Source: Treponema sp. (lineage in GTDB: Bacteria; Spirochaetota; Spirochaetia; Treponematales; Treponemataceae). Taken from it: DNA of 64,000 bases. Below are positions 1 to 8,533 of this stretch, piece after piece (positions within the stretch are counted from its first letter, which is position 1; every line of letters begins with the position of its first letter). Both the position numbers and the translations under genes were made by a program. The stretch lies in the NCBI GenBank assembly GCA_024696155.1, contig JAILHD010000035.1:20420-84419 (forward strand), read 5' to 3'. The notes beneath the pieces were generated by a model. The model made no database searches. It was not told the DNA's origin and was given only the letters and a program-made list of their open reading frames with translations.

Positions 1-3000
1 GTTTCCCTGATTATATGAGCCGATTTTTGTTGCAAAATAAAGATTATTTGTTGTTAAACCGTCATTACCATTAAAGTTAAAATAACGGATTGCATTTTCT
101 TTTGCTTCATTAATATTTGCAGATTCTTTGATAATATCGTTTAATTCCTGAATCTGGAGCTTTACAAGCTCATCATGAATCTGTTCAAAACTGCTGCGTA
201 TTCTTGCATCACCAATATAGCGGGATTCATTTTCAAGGAACTGAGCTTTCATCTGTTCATAGGTAGAATAAAAGTCCTTGTATTTTTCACTATATTGCTT
301 AGTTACACGGTCAAATGGTGATTCAATTTCGACCTTTTCCAATTCAAGCTTTTCTTTTTTTAATTCTTCTTCAGATTTTCTAATCCAGCGACCTTCTTCA
401 TTCTGCTTGAAAAGAGTATTCTCCGCCATTTCATCAGAATTTGAACAGAAGTAAAGATTGAACTCTTTTCCCTCATTTTCATCAGGATTATATTCCAAAA
501 GCTCATTATCGTTATGAGCTGTAAGAGCGTCATTTATTAAATCAATATGAGCTAAGAGCCATTCTTCTGTTGTATCTGTGTTTTCAAGAATATCTTCGTA
601 TGAAACAGAATAGTTTTCCATTTCAGTAGATTCATTCATTGCGTGCTGGACAATCCAGTCTGCAAGATTTTCTGCATATTCTTCATCATTAGCTGGAATA
701 TTCTCAAACAATTCATTTTCTTTTTCAAAAACAAAATCCGGCTTTTCAACTCCTAAAATGCACTTGTCTGTCATTTCATAAAGTTCTTTGTATGCTGCAA
801 GTACATTCTTTGCGTGTTCATCATTCTTTTTGAGTTCTTTTACAAAATTATCACCAATATAGAATGAAGGATGTCCGTTTGTTTCAGTAAAGATTCCAGC
901 TCCCTCTCCATATTTATCATCAAAAATAAAATCGCCCGGAATATTAAGACCAATATAAGGGCTTAGTCCTTTATCTTTAAGCTCTGCATATTTCAATGCG
1001 GCTTTCTCTGCAGAAAGCCCTGTAATTGGTTCAATTTCAGCACCAATTCCCAAATCAAGATTTGCAGCGTCATTGATAAAGAAGTTGTAAGGCTTTTCTT
1101 CAGTAATACTGTTTTTTTCAGAATTAAAGGAATCATATACTTCATCAATATATTCACCCATAATTTCTTTTTTTGCTTTGTCACTGTCTAAAAGATTTCT
1201 AATTAAATCAGATTTGTCATTGTCATACTCTTTAATAAGTATTTCTGATAATTTATCGTAATAAGCATTTGCAAACTCCTGACGATTATTTACTAAAGCA
1301 CTTTGCTTGAGTTCTTCATCTTTTTTGAGAACATCTTTCCAATACAATATTTTATTTTCTTTTTCATGTTCAGCTTTTCTTTTTGTTTCAAGGATTTCTT
1401 CAAAGCCCTGCTCATCGGTCCAGATAGTCCAATTCTTTGAAAGATAGCGTTCCTTTTCGGCTTTTGTTGCTTCATATTCAGATTTGGACATTCCTTCAGG
1501 GTCAAAGCTGTCAATGTGGTATCGCATTTCAAGAACAGTATCAATGACTTCTGAAATAGTCTTTGGAGTAGAAGCTGTAAAACCAACATCATCACTCAGA
1601 ACATTATAATCTTTATCATAGAATACAGTGTGCCAGTCATTATCTTCAAAAGCGATTGTTAAATATTCCTGTGAATAAGGATTGTAGTAGTAGCGTTTAT
1701 GCTGACCAAGTGATTCAGAAATTGCTTCAACATCATTACCAGTTTCTTTGGCAACGTCTAAAGGTGATTTTACTTCCGGCTGTTCAGCGAATTTTGCATA
1801 TTCTGGGTACATATCAGGATGATTTTTATAGAGCCAACGTTCTACGGTCATTCCCTTTTCTACATGATAGTCAATTTCCATCATGCGAATACTTTTGACT
1901 TCGTTAAGGTCGATATATCCCCATTCTGCAAAAGTATAATCACCGTTAAGACACTGGAAGCCGTATGCTTCACCATTTTTGCCGATTTCTGTTACAAGAG
2001 TTTCTGTTCCAGTCGGATGGAAATAGCGGAGTACGATAGGATGCTGCTCTGCTCCGCCTGTTTCATAAATCTTTGGTGCGTTATTAACAATCTCTGCAAT
2101 ATCTTTAATCTTCTGCTTAAAGAAGTTCCCCTCCTCGCCTTGTGCCATACGAAGCGTAGTAACATATTGAGAAATTGGCATTACAGATTTAAAAATCTCC
2201 ATTTCTTCTGGTTCTACCAGAACTTCGCTTTCACTTGTAATTACATCTTTAATAAAGGCTTTTTCAACCTTTGGCAAATCTTTTTTATCCTGTACTTCAA
2301 GGATTTGATTAACCTTATCCATTACTTCTGCTGTAATTTCAAGAGTTTCTTTTTGCGATGAAGGTTCTTTCTGATTTTCTATAATTTCCTGTTCTTCTTC
2401 CTCTGTAAGTGTGTTTTCACGTTCCCATTCAGCTTCTTCATCAAGGTGCTGCTGTTCTTCCTGAATATCAAGAGCATAAGAAAGTCCTTCATCACGGCTG
2501 TTTGCAAGTTCAAATTCCAGCTTAGCAATTTTCTCTTGGTCTTTTCTGCGTTCTTCCCGAAGTTCTGCAATTAAGGCTTCAAGTTGGGCTGTTTTTTCAT
2601 CAACGATGTTCTTTGCAATATCTTCTGCAAGAGCTTTTACAACAGTTTCATTTGCCTGATAATCAAGGCTGTTATCAATAACTTCTTCAAGTTCGTGAAT
2701 ACCGCTATCGTTGTTCTCCTTATTCTGATTAAGCCCGTGTGCATCACGATATGCCTGTTTACGCTGTTCACGCTCGAATAATTCCTGTCCAAAAGATTTT
2801 TGTTCCTGTGCAGCAGGATCAAAAAATCTTTTCTGGAAATCTTTAACAAACTGCTCATTCTTTCCTATGTTCTTTGCTTCAGTTGTTGCCGGATACCATG
2901 CGTTATTATTACGGGACCAGCGGTAACCGTTTTCTTTAAGGTAATTTAACATTTCTTCAGTAGGTCTGCCGTCAATAGTGCGTAAGTTGTAATATCCGTA

Positions 3001-3027
3001 TGATGAGTTAAAAATTTCTAATTTCAT
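1..3027 (-). CDS. Large acidic polyvalent-type ICE protein, N-terminal 1,009 codons (runs off the window edge; missing from the ORF track)
   Basis: ATG at 3027 preceded by GGAG. By manual translation the frame is open to position 1: MKLEIFNSSYGYYNLRTIDGRPTEEMLNYLKENGYRWSRNNNAWYP... It contains a DUF2958-like segment (VLRYFHPTGTETLVTEIGKNGEAYGFQCLNGDYTFAEWGYIDLNEV) at ~1860-2045. Confidence 0.85.
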   Translation of the reverse strand, partial: MKLEIFNSSYGYYNLRTIDGRPTEEMLNYLKENGYRWSRNNNAWYPATTEAKNIGKNEQFVKDFQKRFFDPAAQEQKSFGQELFEREQRKQAYRDAHGLNQNKENNDSGIHELEEVIDNSLDYQANETVVKALAEDIAKNIVDEKTAQLEALIAELREERRKDQEKIAKLEFELANSRDEGLSYALDIQEEQQHLDEEAEWERENTLTEEEEQEIIENQKEPSSQKETLEITAEVMDKVNQILEVQDKKDLPKVEKAFIKDVITSESEVLVEPEEMEIFKSVMPISQYVTTLRMAQGEEGNFFKQKIKDIAEIVNNAPKIYETGGAEQHPIVLRYFHPTGTETLVTEIGKNGEAYGFQCLNGDYTFAEWGYIDLNEVKSIRMMEIDYHVEKGMTVERWLYKNHPDMYPEYAKFAEQPEVKSPLDVAKETGNDVEAISESLGQHKRYYYNPYSQEYLTIAFEDNDWHTVFYDKDYNVLSDDVGFTASTPKTISEVIDTVLEMRYHIDSFDPEGMSKSEYEATKAEKERYLSKNWTIWTDEQGFEEILETKRKAEHEKENKILYWKDVLKKDEELKQSALVNNRQEFANAYYDKLSEILIKEYDNDKSDLIRNLLDSDKAKKEIMGEYIDEVYDSFNSEKNSITEEKPYNFFINDAANLDLGIGAEIEPITGLSAEKAALKYAELKDKGLSPYIGLNIPGDFIFDDKYGEGAGIFTETNGHPSFYIGDNFVKELKKNDEHAKNVLAAYKELYEMTDKCILGVEKPDFVFEKENELFENIPANDEEYAENLADWIVQHAMNESTEMENYSVSYEDILENTDTTEEWLLAHIDLINDALTAHNDNELLEYNPDENEGKEFNLYFCSNSDEMAENTLFKQNEEGRWIRKSEEELKKEKLELEKVEIESPFDRVTKQYSEKYKDFYSTYEQMKAQFLENESRYIGDARIRSSFEQIHDELVKLQIQELNDIIKESANINEAKENAIRYFNFNGNDGLTTNNLYFATKIGSYNQGN

Positions 3028-3053
3028 AATTATTTATTCTCCAGTATTTTTAT

Positions 3054-4781
3054 TTAGTAAGAAAAACCTTCATAACTCTTATGTATTTCTTCATAAGGTT
3101 CTTTCTTTTCTGTTGTCTGTGTTTCAGTAGTTTTTACAGCTTCAACAGCCTTTGGCTGTAAAGCTTCTGCAGGAGCTTGGTTATTTTCTGCAGTAATTGT
3201 ATTTTCTGCAGATGGAACACGCTTAAATTCCTGCGGTTTTTCAAAGACAGGCGCATTAAGTTCTATGGCTTCCTTCAAATCGTTAATGGCAATTTCTGTT
3301 CGGTTTTCCATATTGGCGATTGTAAGGGCAACTTTCAAAGTATTTGCCAGTGAACGTGGGCTTTTTTCGCTCAATTTTGAATCAAAGTATTCTTTACATT
3401 CTTCATTAAGCTTGCATTTCTCTGCAATTTCCTGCGGTGTAAGAGCTGAATTGTAATTCGGATTTTCACGCTGAATACGAATTGCATTTTCAATATGTTT
3501 CTTCATTTCAGGAACAGTAATTTTACGTTCATCATTTTCATCTTTTTCAACAGTTACTTTGATTTCTACCCGGTCAAGAAGCGGAGCTGAAAACTTTTTC
3601 CAATACTGGTCAATAGATTTTGCAGAACATAGACAAATCTTTGAACTGCTTCCATAGTTTCCACATGGACAAGGATTTGTTGCCATTACAAGCTGAAAAT
3701 TGGCAGGAAAAATTGTGGTTCTTCCGGCTCTTGAAAGAGTAATATTGTGGTTTTCAACAGGAACACGAAGCATCTGCAGAACAGAACTCTTAAACTCTGC
3801 AGCTTCATCAAGAAACAAAATTCCGTTATGAGCAAGACTAATTTCACCAGGTCTACACTGCGTACCACCACCACAAATACCTTCTATACTTGCTGTCTGA
3901 TGCGGCATACGGAAAGGAATATTTTTAATCATTGCCCTGTCAGATTTTGTAAGACCTGCTATAGACCAGATTCTTGTTGTAGACTGGCTTTCTTCCTGTG
4001 TAAGCTGCGGTGTAAGAGCTGGAAATAAAGACTGTGCAAGAATAGTTTTCCCACATCCTGGCGCACCATTCAAAAGGATGTTATGTTTACCAGCAATCGC
4101 AACTTCAATAGCTCGTGCTGCGTCATAAAAACCGTCAAGGCTCATTTCAGAAACCTTTCTGCCAGTAAAATAGCTTTGGTCTGAATTTAATGATTCTTCG
4201 TCAAATGTAACTTCTTCTTTTGAAACAGGTTCGATATAAGAAGTTCTGAATAATTCGTTTACTTCTCTTGAATAAAGCTTTTCGTGTAATTCACTTAGTG
4301 CAGAAACACCAAGAACTGTTGCACCATTAACAGAAAGTGCTTCTTCCATATTTTCTTTTGGTACAATGAACTTATGAATACCAGCTGACATTGCTGAGTT
4401 AACAGCTGCATGAACACCACGTACAGGATGGATATGACCAGAAAGGTCAAGTTCTCCCATAGCGAGAACATTTTCATCGAGCGCATAATGATGCTGCTCA
4501 TTTAAGATTGACAAAGCCATTGGCAAGTCGAACCCTGCACCCTCTTTTCTTAAATCAGCTGGACTTAAACTCTGTAAAACTCTTTCTTGTGGGAATTCAA
4601 GAAGTGAATTTCTGAAAGCTGCTCTGATACGTTCTCTTGCTTCTTTTACTTGACCGTCTGCTAGACCTACAATATCAATGGAAGGAATACCACGTCTTAA
4701 ATCTGTTTCTACAGAAACAATACTTCCTTCATATCCAAATGGTGAAAAGCTATAAATTTCTTTTTTCTCTGTGTTTTCCAT
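3054..4781 (-). CDS. comM: ComM/YifB-family Mg-chelatase-like AAA+ ATPase (helicase) with C-terminal extension
   Basis: Lon-like N-domain (IVGLADGQVKEARERIR, SPADLRKEGAGFDLPMA), Walker A GAPGCGKT, PFRMPHQTAS, RPGEISLAHNGILFLDE, Zn motif NPCPCG..C.C, PLLDR. Confidence 0.9.
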   Translation of the reverse strand: MENTEKKEIYSFSPFGYEGSIVSVETDLRRGIPSIDIVGLADGQVKEARERIRAAFRNSLLEFPQERVLQSLSPADLRKEGAGFDLPMALSILNEQHHYALDENVLAMGELDLSGHIHPVRGVHAAVNSAMSAGIHKFIVPKENMEEALSVNGATVLGVSALSELHEKLYSREVNELFRTSYIEPVSKEEVTFDEESLNSDQSYFTGRKVSEMSLDGFYDAARAIEVAIAGKHNILLNGAPGCGKTILAQSLFPALTPQLTQEESQSTTRIWSIAGLTKSDRAMIKNIPFRMPHQTASIEGICGGGTQCRPGEISLAHNGILFLDEAAEFKSSVLQMLRVPVENHNITLSRAGRTTIFPANFQLVMATNPCPCGNYGSSSKICLCSAKSIDQYWKKFSAPLLDRVEIKVTVEKDENDERKITVPEMKKHIENAIRIQRENPNYNSALTPQEIAEKCKLNEECKEYFDSKLSEKSPRSLANTLKVALTIANMENRTEIAINDLKEAIELNAPVFEKPQEFKRVPSAENTITAENNQAPAEALQPKAVEAVKTTETQTTEKKEPYEEIHKSYEGFSY

Positions 4782-4813
4782 AATGATTATCTCCTTGTGT
4801 TTACCCGTTCGAT

Positions 4814-5752
4814 TTAGTATGACCAGCCGCCACCACCACGCTGGTAAGGTCTGGTTCTATTTGTTTCCGCAACTTTCATTTCTTCAATTCTTTTGGCGTT
4901 TTCCAAGTTGTAACCTTTTGCCACTGAAATACGCTGAAATTCAGTTCCGGCATTAAGAGCCGTACAAAGCATAAGACCAGCTTTATAAGCTCCTACATTG
5001 TTAGATTTATTACAAAACTCCTTTGAAGTCTGATAGCAAAGTTCTTTATGCTTGGCAGTCTTTTCTTCTGCCAGTTCAGGCATTCCAATTGAGTTTGTTA
5101 GGTTATGGAAATAATGACAGTTTGTAATTACTGTAAGGTTCAAACCGTTCTGATTACTTGCTTCAATAACCTTTTTCTTTATATCTTCAAAAGTCTTATT
5201 ATCCCCCTGTTTATTAAGCTTTATATTTGACTGAAATGCTTTGTAATTTGCTTCTGTGTAGCTTTTATCAACATTGTTTGCCATTTCAAAATATTTCAAA
5301 ACTTTTTCACGGGAACGGTCGGTTAGAGAATCAAGATTGTAAAGATACTGTTCTTTATTTCCTGTACCGCTTTCAGAAATGTATAAATCTTGTTCGTTCA
5401 GGTGAGTTGCTCCAAAATATTTTGTTATACACAAAGCTGGTACTGTTCCTTTTTTATAACTTAGACTTCCAACTTCTTTTTGAAGCTTGTTCAATTCATT
5501 TCCATAAATCCAAAGATTAGATTTATAACCATAACGGCTTGCGATCTGCTCTAAGGCAATAGAATTTTCATTATTGATTACTTTGCCTGTAGTCAGTTCG
5601 CGAGGAATTTTGTTTAAATCTTTGTTAAAAAAAGGTAATGTGTTGTTTTGTGTATTTTCTTTAAAAGCTTCGTAAATCTGTTTGTAGAAATACTGTTGTG
5701 CGGTCTGCCCGTCTTTTTCAAAGCTACTAAAATTTGAGTAAAAATCTGTCAT
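4814..5752 (-). CDS. Divergent ArdC-N-like ssDNA-binding domain protein
   Basis: Pattern PFF...PRELTTGK...N...L...GYKSNLW...KKG...YLYNLD follows the ArdC/DUF1738 N-terminal motif order; ICE context. Confidence 0.55.
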   Translation of the reverse strand: MTDFYSNFSSFEKDGQTAQQYFYKQIYEAFKENTQNNTLPFFNKDLNKIPRELTTGKVINNENSIALEQIASRYGYKSNLWIYGNELNKLQKEVGSLSYKKGTVPALCITKYFGATHLNEQDLYISESGTGNKEQYLYNLDSLTDRSREKVLKYFEMANNVDKSYTEANYKAFQSNIKLNKQGDNKTFEDIKKKVIEASNQNGLNLTVITNCHYFHNLTNSIGMPELAEEKTAKHKELCYQTSKEFCNKSNNVGAYKAGLMLCTALNAGTEFQRISVAKGYNLENAKRIEEMKVAETNRTRPYQRGGGGWSY

Positions 5753-5875
5753 TGTTTATGCTCCTACGAATAGCTGTTTAACTTGTGCTGATTAAGGAAT
5801 TAGAACTTCTGACAGAGTTTTATGTTTTTTACAAAATACTTTTTAAAATATGCTTTTTTCATTACTTTCTACACC

Positions 5876-5914
5876 TTTAAAAAATGAGTTATCTGCAAAA
5901 CAGATAACTCATTT
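5876..5914 (-). terminator. Intrinsic terminator after 5918-6688
   Basis: 14-bp perfect stem AAATGAGTTATCTG/CAGATAACTCATTT with a 5-nt loop, followed by a T run on the minus strand. Confidence 0.75.
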
Positions 5915-5917
5915 CTG

Positions 5918-6688
5918 CTAACGTTCTTGTTCAACTTTACGTGCCTGTTCTTTTGGTTTACGCTGCTGTTCCGGCTTTTCCTGCTTCTGACCAATGCCAA
6001 GTTCTTTTTCACGATTCTTTACGATATTCGAAGAATACTTTTCTATGTCAAAAAGAACATCTGACATTTTTGGAATGTTAGGATTTTTTTCTGCATTAGT
6101 ACGTGCAAGTTCATTAGACGTAATTGCAAGCATATTTGTTTTGAACTGTTCTGAAATTTCTGGAGTAACTTCAAGTTTTGCACCGCTTTTACAAGCTGCA
6201 ACATAAGTTCCAAGATATTCAGTAACATCAGGTGAAGAAATCTTTAAGGTTTCGTTTTTTAAATTCTGGGTCTGGTGACAATGCTTTTTTGCATACTGTG
6301 AAAACTTCTCTGGACTTTCCATCTGCTCTGCAAAATAAAAAGCATTATGGTCAAACTGTCCGTCTTTTCTAACAAAGTTGTAATAGATTCCACGTTCACC
6401 TTTTTTCAGCTTTGTATCAGCTTTTGAAGCACTGTTATAAGTACCTACAGCATCAGATTCATATCCTTTTTCAATCTTTGTAAGCTGAACAGGAATTAAA
6501 TCTTTTGCTTCCAAACAATGCTCTGTATTAACGTTGTAAATTAGAGAAGGTTTAAGCTGTCCGTTATTTGGAATAAAAGGAGCTGTACCGTTTTCGATAC
6601 CAGCTTTGATGAGTTTTGCAGTATGTTTAGGAACATACGCACCAATCCAATCATTTTTTGAAATTTGTAAATTCTGGGTATCTGACAT
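5918..6688 (-). CDS. Divergent ArdC-N-like ssDNA-binding domain protein with charged C-terminal tail
   Basis: GTAPF...YNVNT...KGYES...GTY...LKKGERG...FYFAEQ pattern; strong RBS AAGGAGG. Confidence 0.55.
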   Translation of the reverse strand: MSDTQNLQISKNDWIGAYVPKHTAKLIKAGIENGTAPFIPNNGQLKPSLIYNVNTEHCLEAKDLIPVQLTKIEKGYESDAVGTYNSASKADTKLKKGERGIYYNFVRKDGQFDHNAFYFAEQMESPEKFSQYAKKHCHQTQNLKNETLKISSPDVTEYLGTYVAACKSGAKLEVTPEISEQFKTNMLAITSNELARTNAEKNPNIPKMSDVLFDIEKYSSNIVKNREKELGIGQKQEKPEQQRKPKEQARKVEQER

Positions 6689-6836
6689 TAAGATACCTCC
6701 TTTTACTGCGGTATGTTTTCCAATCTGCTTTAGGAGTCCAAACAGATAATTCCTATTTTTTTAACGGGTAAGGAACGAAAACAATACCAAATAATATTTC
6801 CACAAGGAAACAATCAGTTGTACTGATATTAATAAT

Positions 6837-6887
6837 TTATTACATTTATTACATATTTTCAATAAAAAAATGTAATAAATGTAATAT
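6837..6887. promoter_or_regulatory. Operator-like array: 2x TTATTACAT direct repeats facing 2x inverted copies, between divergent genes
   Basis: TATTACATTTATTACAT (6838-6854) and ATGTAATAAATGTAATA (6870-6886) form a perfect 17-bp inverted repeat with a 15-bp spacer; TATAAT at 6911-6916. Confidence 0.7.
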
Positions 6888-6922
6888 TTGTGTATAGATT
6901 TTAATATTGTTATAATACAAAT

Positions 6923-7423
6923 ATGAGATACAACGTAACCGTAGATATTCCAAATTTGAAAAAACTACCCTACACGCTATATGCAAAAGGCTCATTGATT
7001 GAAATACCGTGGTTTGATGATAATGAGGAATTTGTTCACTTTAAGTTTGGTGGTAATACTGTCTTTGTTCTTTTTTATACGTTTGCAGGATTCCGCAGGG
7101 CTTATATAGCAACCGGCTGGCAAAGTGACAACGATGGTGAACCAGTTACCTTACCGGGAGTAAACGAAAAACTATGTGTAATATATACAGCCAGAGGTAA
7201 AAAAATAGACCATTTAAAAAGAGTTTTATACATTCTTACAGATGAACAGGGCGAAGAACATAAAGTATTTAAGTTACCATTATTATTCTGGTACAGACTT
7301 GCGGCTGTTATCCAACAAAACGGAGCGCCACGAAGTGATCTCTCAGTTTTGTGGGAAAGCTTTACACAAAAGCGACTTATTAAACTTAGTAAAAAAGAAC
7401 AACGTGATTTAAAAGCTGTATAA
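6923..7423 (+). CDS. Hypothetical protein
   Basis: 166-aa ORF starting 6 nt after a TATAAT box; no recognisable motif. Confidence 0.75.
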   Translation: MRYNVTVDIPNLKKLPYTLYAKGSLIEIPWFDDNEEFVHFKFGGNTVFVLFYTFAGFRRAYIATGWQSDNDGEPVTLPGVNEKLCVIYTARGKKIDHLKRVLYILTDEQGEEHKVFKLPLLFWYRLAAVIQQNGAPRSDLSVLWESFTQKRLIKLSKKEQRDLKAV

Positions 7424-7544
7424 CATAATTGATAGAATATTTTATATCCATTAATATAAATATATATTTTTTGTTTTAATATTAAAAAAGTTACTTAATA
7501 TTAAAATTTTTTATCTGATTTAATTTTTTTAGGAACTGAACTTT

Positions 7545-8168
7545 ATGCTTAAAGAAACTCCAGAGCGTATAACCTACGCACAAAAAAAGCTTTTAAATTT
7601 AATTGAGCAGCGAAAACTTCGAAGCTGGTGTCTTGAAAACGGTGTTACACATCCTTCAGCATATCGACTTGCACTGGGTGAACAAGCTTTAACTTATAAA
7701 ACAATGGCACAAATGTGCAATCTTATTTCTCCAATTGAATGGCTTTTTTTTACAGACGAAAAACTTCCTTACGAACCAGTATTATTACCCCCTTTTCCAT
7801 TTGATAAGCCTTGTAAATACGTTACAGAACACAAAAAAGATTACAAAGTTATTGAACAAAAATATAACCTAGAACACAATCAAGCATTTAATATTTTTGT
7901 TACTCATAGAACAAAGCCAACACCAATTTTTATTCGCAAAGTTTGTGATGAAGTAAATCCAATAGAGTTTTTTACACCAAGTGAAGATGCCTTAAAATCT
8001 GTTATAAAATTTGTTCCAGAACGTGGTGTAAAAAAATCTATTACTTTCCGTATTGAACTAGATAATCTTTCGTGGCTTCAAAGTAATGGTGTAAAAGGTT
8101 ATCAATCAAAACTTAATAATGTTATACGCTGGGCAAGAGAAAACAACTGCCCTATTTTTGAGCTATAA
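7545..8168 (+). CDS. Putative regulator: two internal HTH-like repeats plus a C-terminal BrnA-antitoxin-like RHH domain
   Basis: Internal repeats end in MCNLISPIEWL and VCDEVNPIEFF; the C-terminus KKSITFRIELDNLSWLQSNGVKGYQSKLNNVIRWA matches the BrnA pattern K.(I/V)T.R.D...W....G.GYQ..IN..LR. Confidence 0.65.
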   Translation: MLKETPERITYAQKKLLNLIEQRKLRSWCLENGVTHPSAYRLALGEQALTYKTMAQMCNLISPIEWLFFTDEKLPYEPVLLPPFPFDKPCKYVTEHKKDYKVIEQKYNLEHNQAFNIFVTHRTKPTPIFIRKVCDEVNPIEFFTPSEDALKSVIKFVPERGVKKSITFRIELDNLSWLQSNGVKGYQSKLNNVIRWARENNCPIFEL

Positions 8169-8197
8169 AGATTATAATTTATAATCATAATTAGAAA

Positions 8198-8250
8198 TGG
8201 TCTTGCAGATGTTTTGATATAAGAATATCTATATTATCACTGCAAGACCA
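8198..8250. terminator. Long stem-loop between convergent genes
   Basis: TGGTCTTGCAG (8198-8208) and CTGCAAGACCA (8240-8250) are inverted repeats, with inner GATAT/ATATC pairing. Confidence 0.5.
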
Positions 8251-8289
8251 GATTTGAGAAACAAGAAGATAATACTATTTAATAAAAAT

Positions 8290-8436
8290 TTAAGCTTTTG
8301 GGCGTTTTAAGATAACTATATTATCTGTATTAAAACCTACAACTTCCCAACCTTGTTCTCCAAATTCATTAAGCATCTTTTCTTTTTCTTCACTTCTAAG
8401 TGGTAACAAAAAAGATTTATATTCCCATTTAATCAT
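8290..8436 (-). CDS. Small DUF4177-like protein (48 aa; not in the ORF track)
   Basis: RBS GAGGTG, then MIKWEYKSFLLPLRSEEKEKMLNEFGEQGWEVVGFNTDNIVILKRPKA; carries the WEYK...LN..G..GWE.V...KR signature. Confidence 0.75.
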   Translation of the reverse strand: MIKWEYKSFLLPLRSEEKEKMLNEFGEQGWEVVGFNTDNIVILKRPKA

Positions 8437-8533
8437 AATTCACCTCAAAAATAAATTTAATTCAACAAACTTGAAAAGTCAAGTTAAAGAATCAAGTTAA
8501 AAAAATTACTTGCTAATAAAATAATTATGCCCT

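Noticed and set aside
993-2858. Short ORFs listed in the track in 1-3 kb
   Set aside because: They are shadows of the long minus-strand frame 3027 to <1, which the track omitted because it has no stop in the window.
3054-4781. comM as the ICE insertion target
   Set aside because: The gene is uninterrupted and flanked on both sides by ICE-type genes; the integrase sits at tRNA-Pro.
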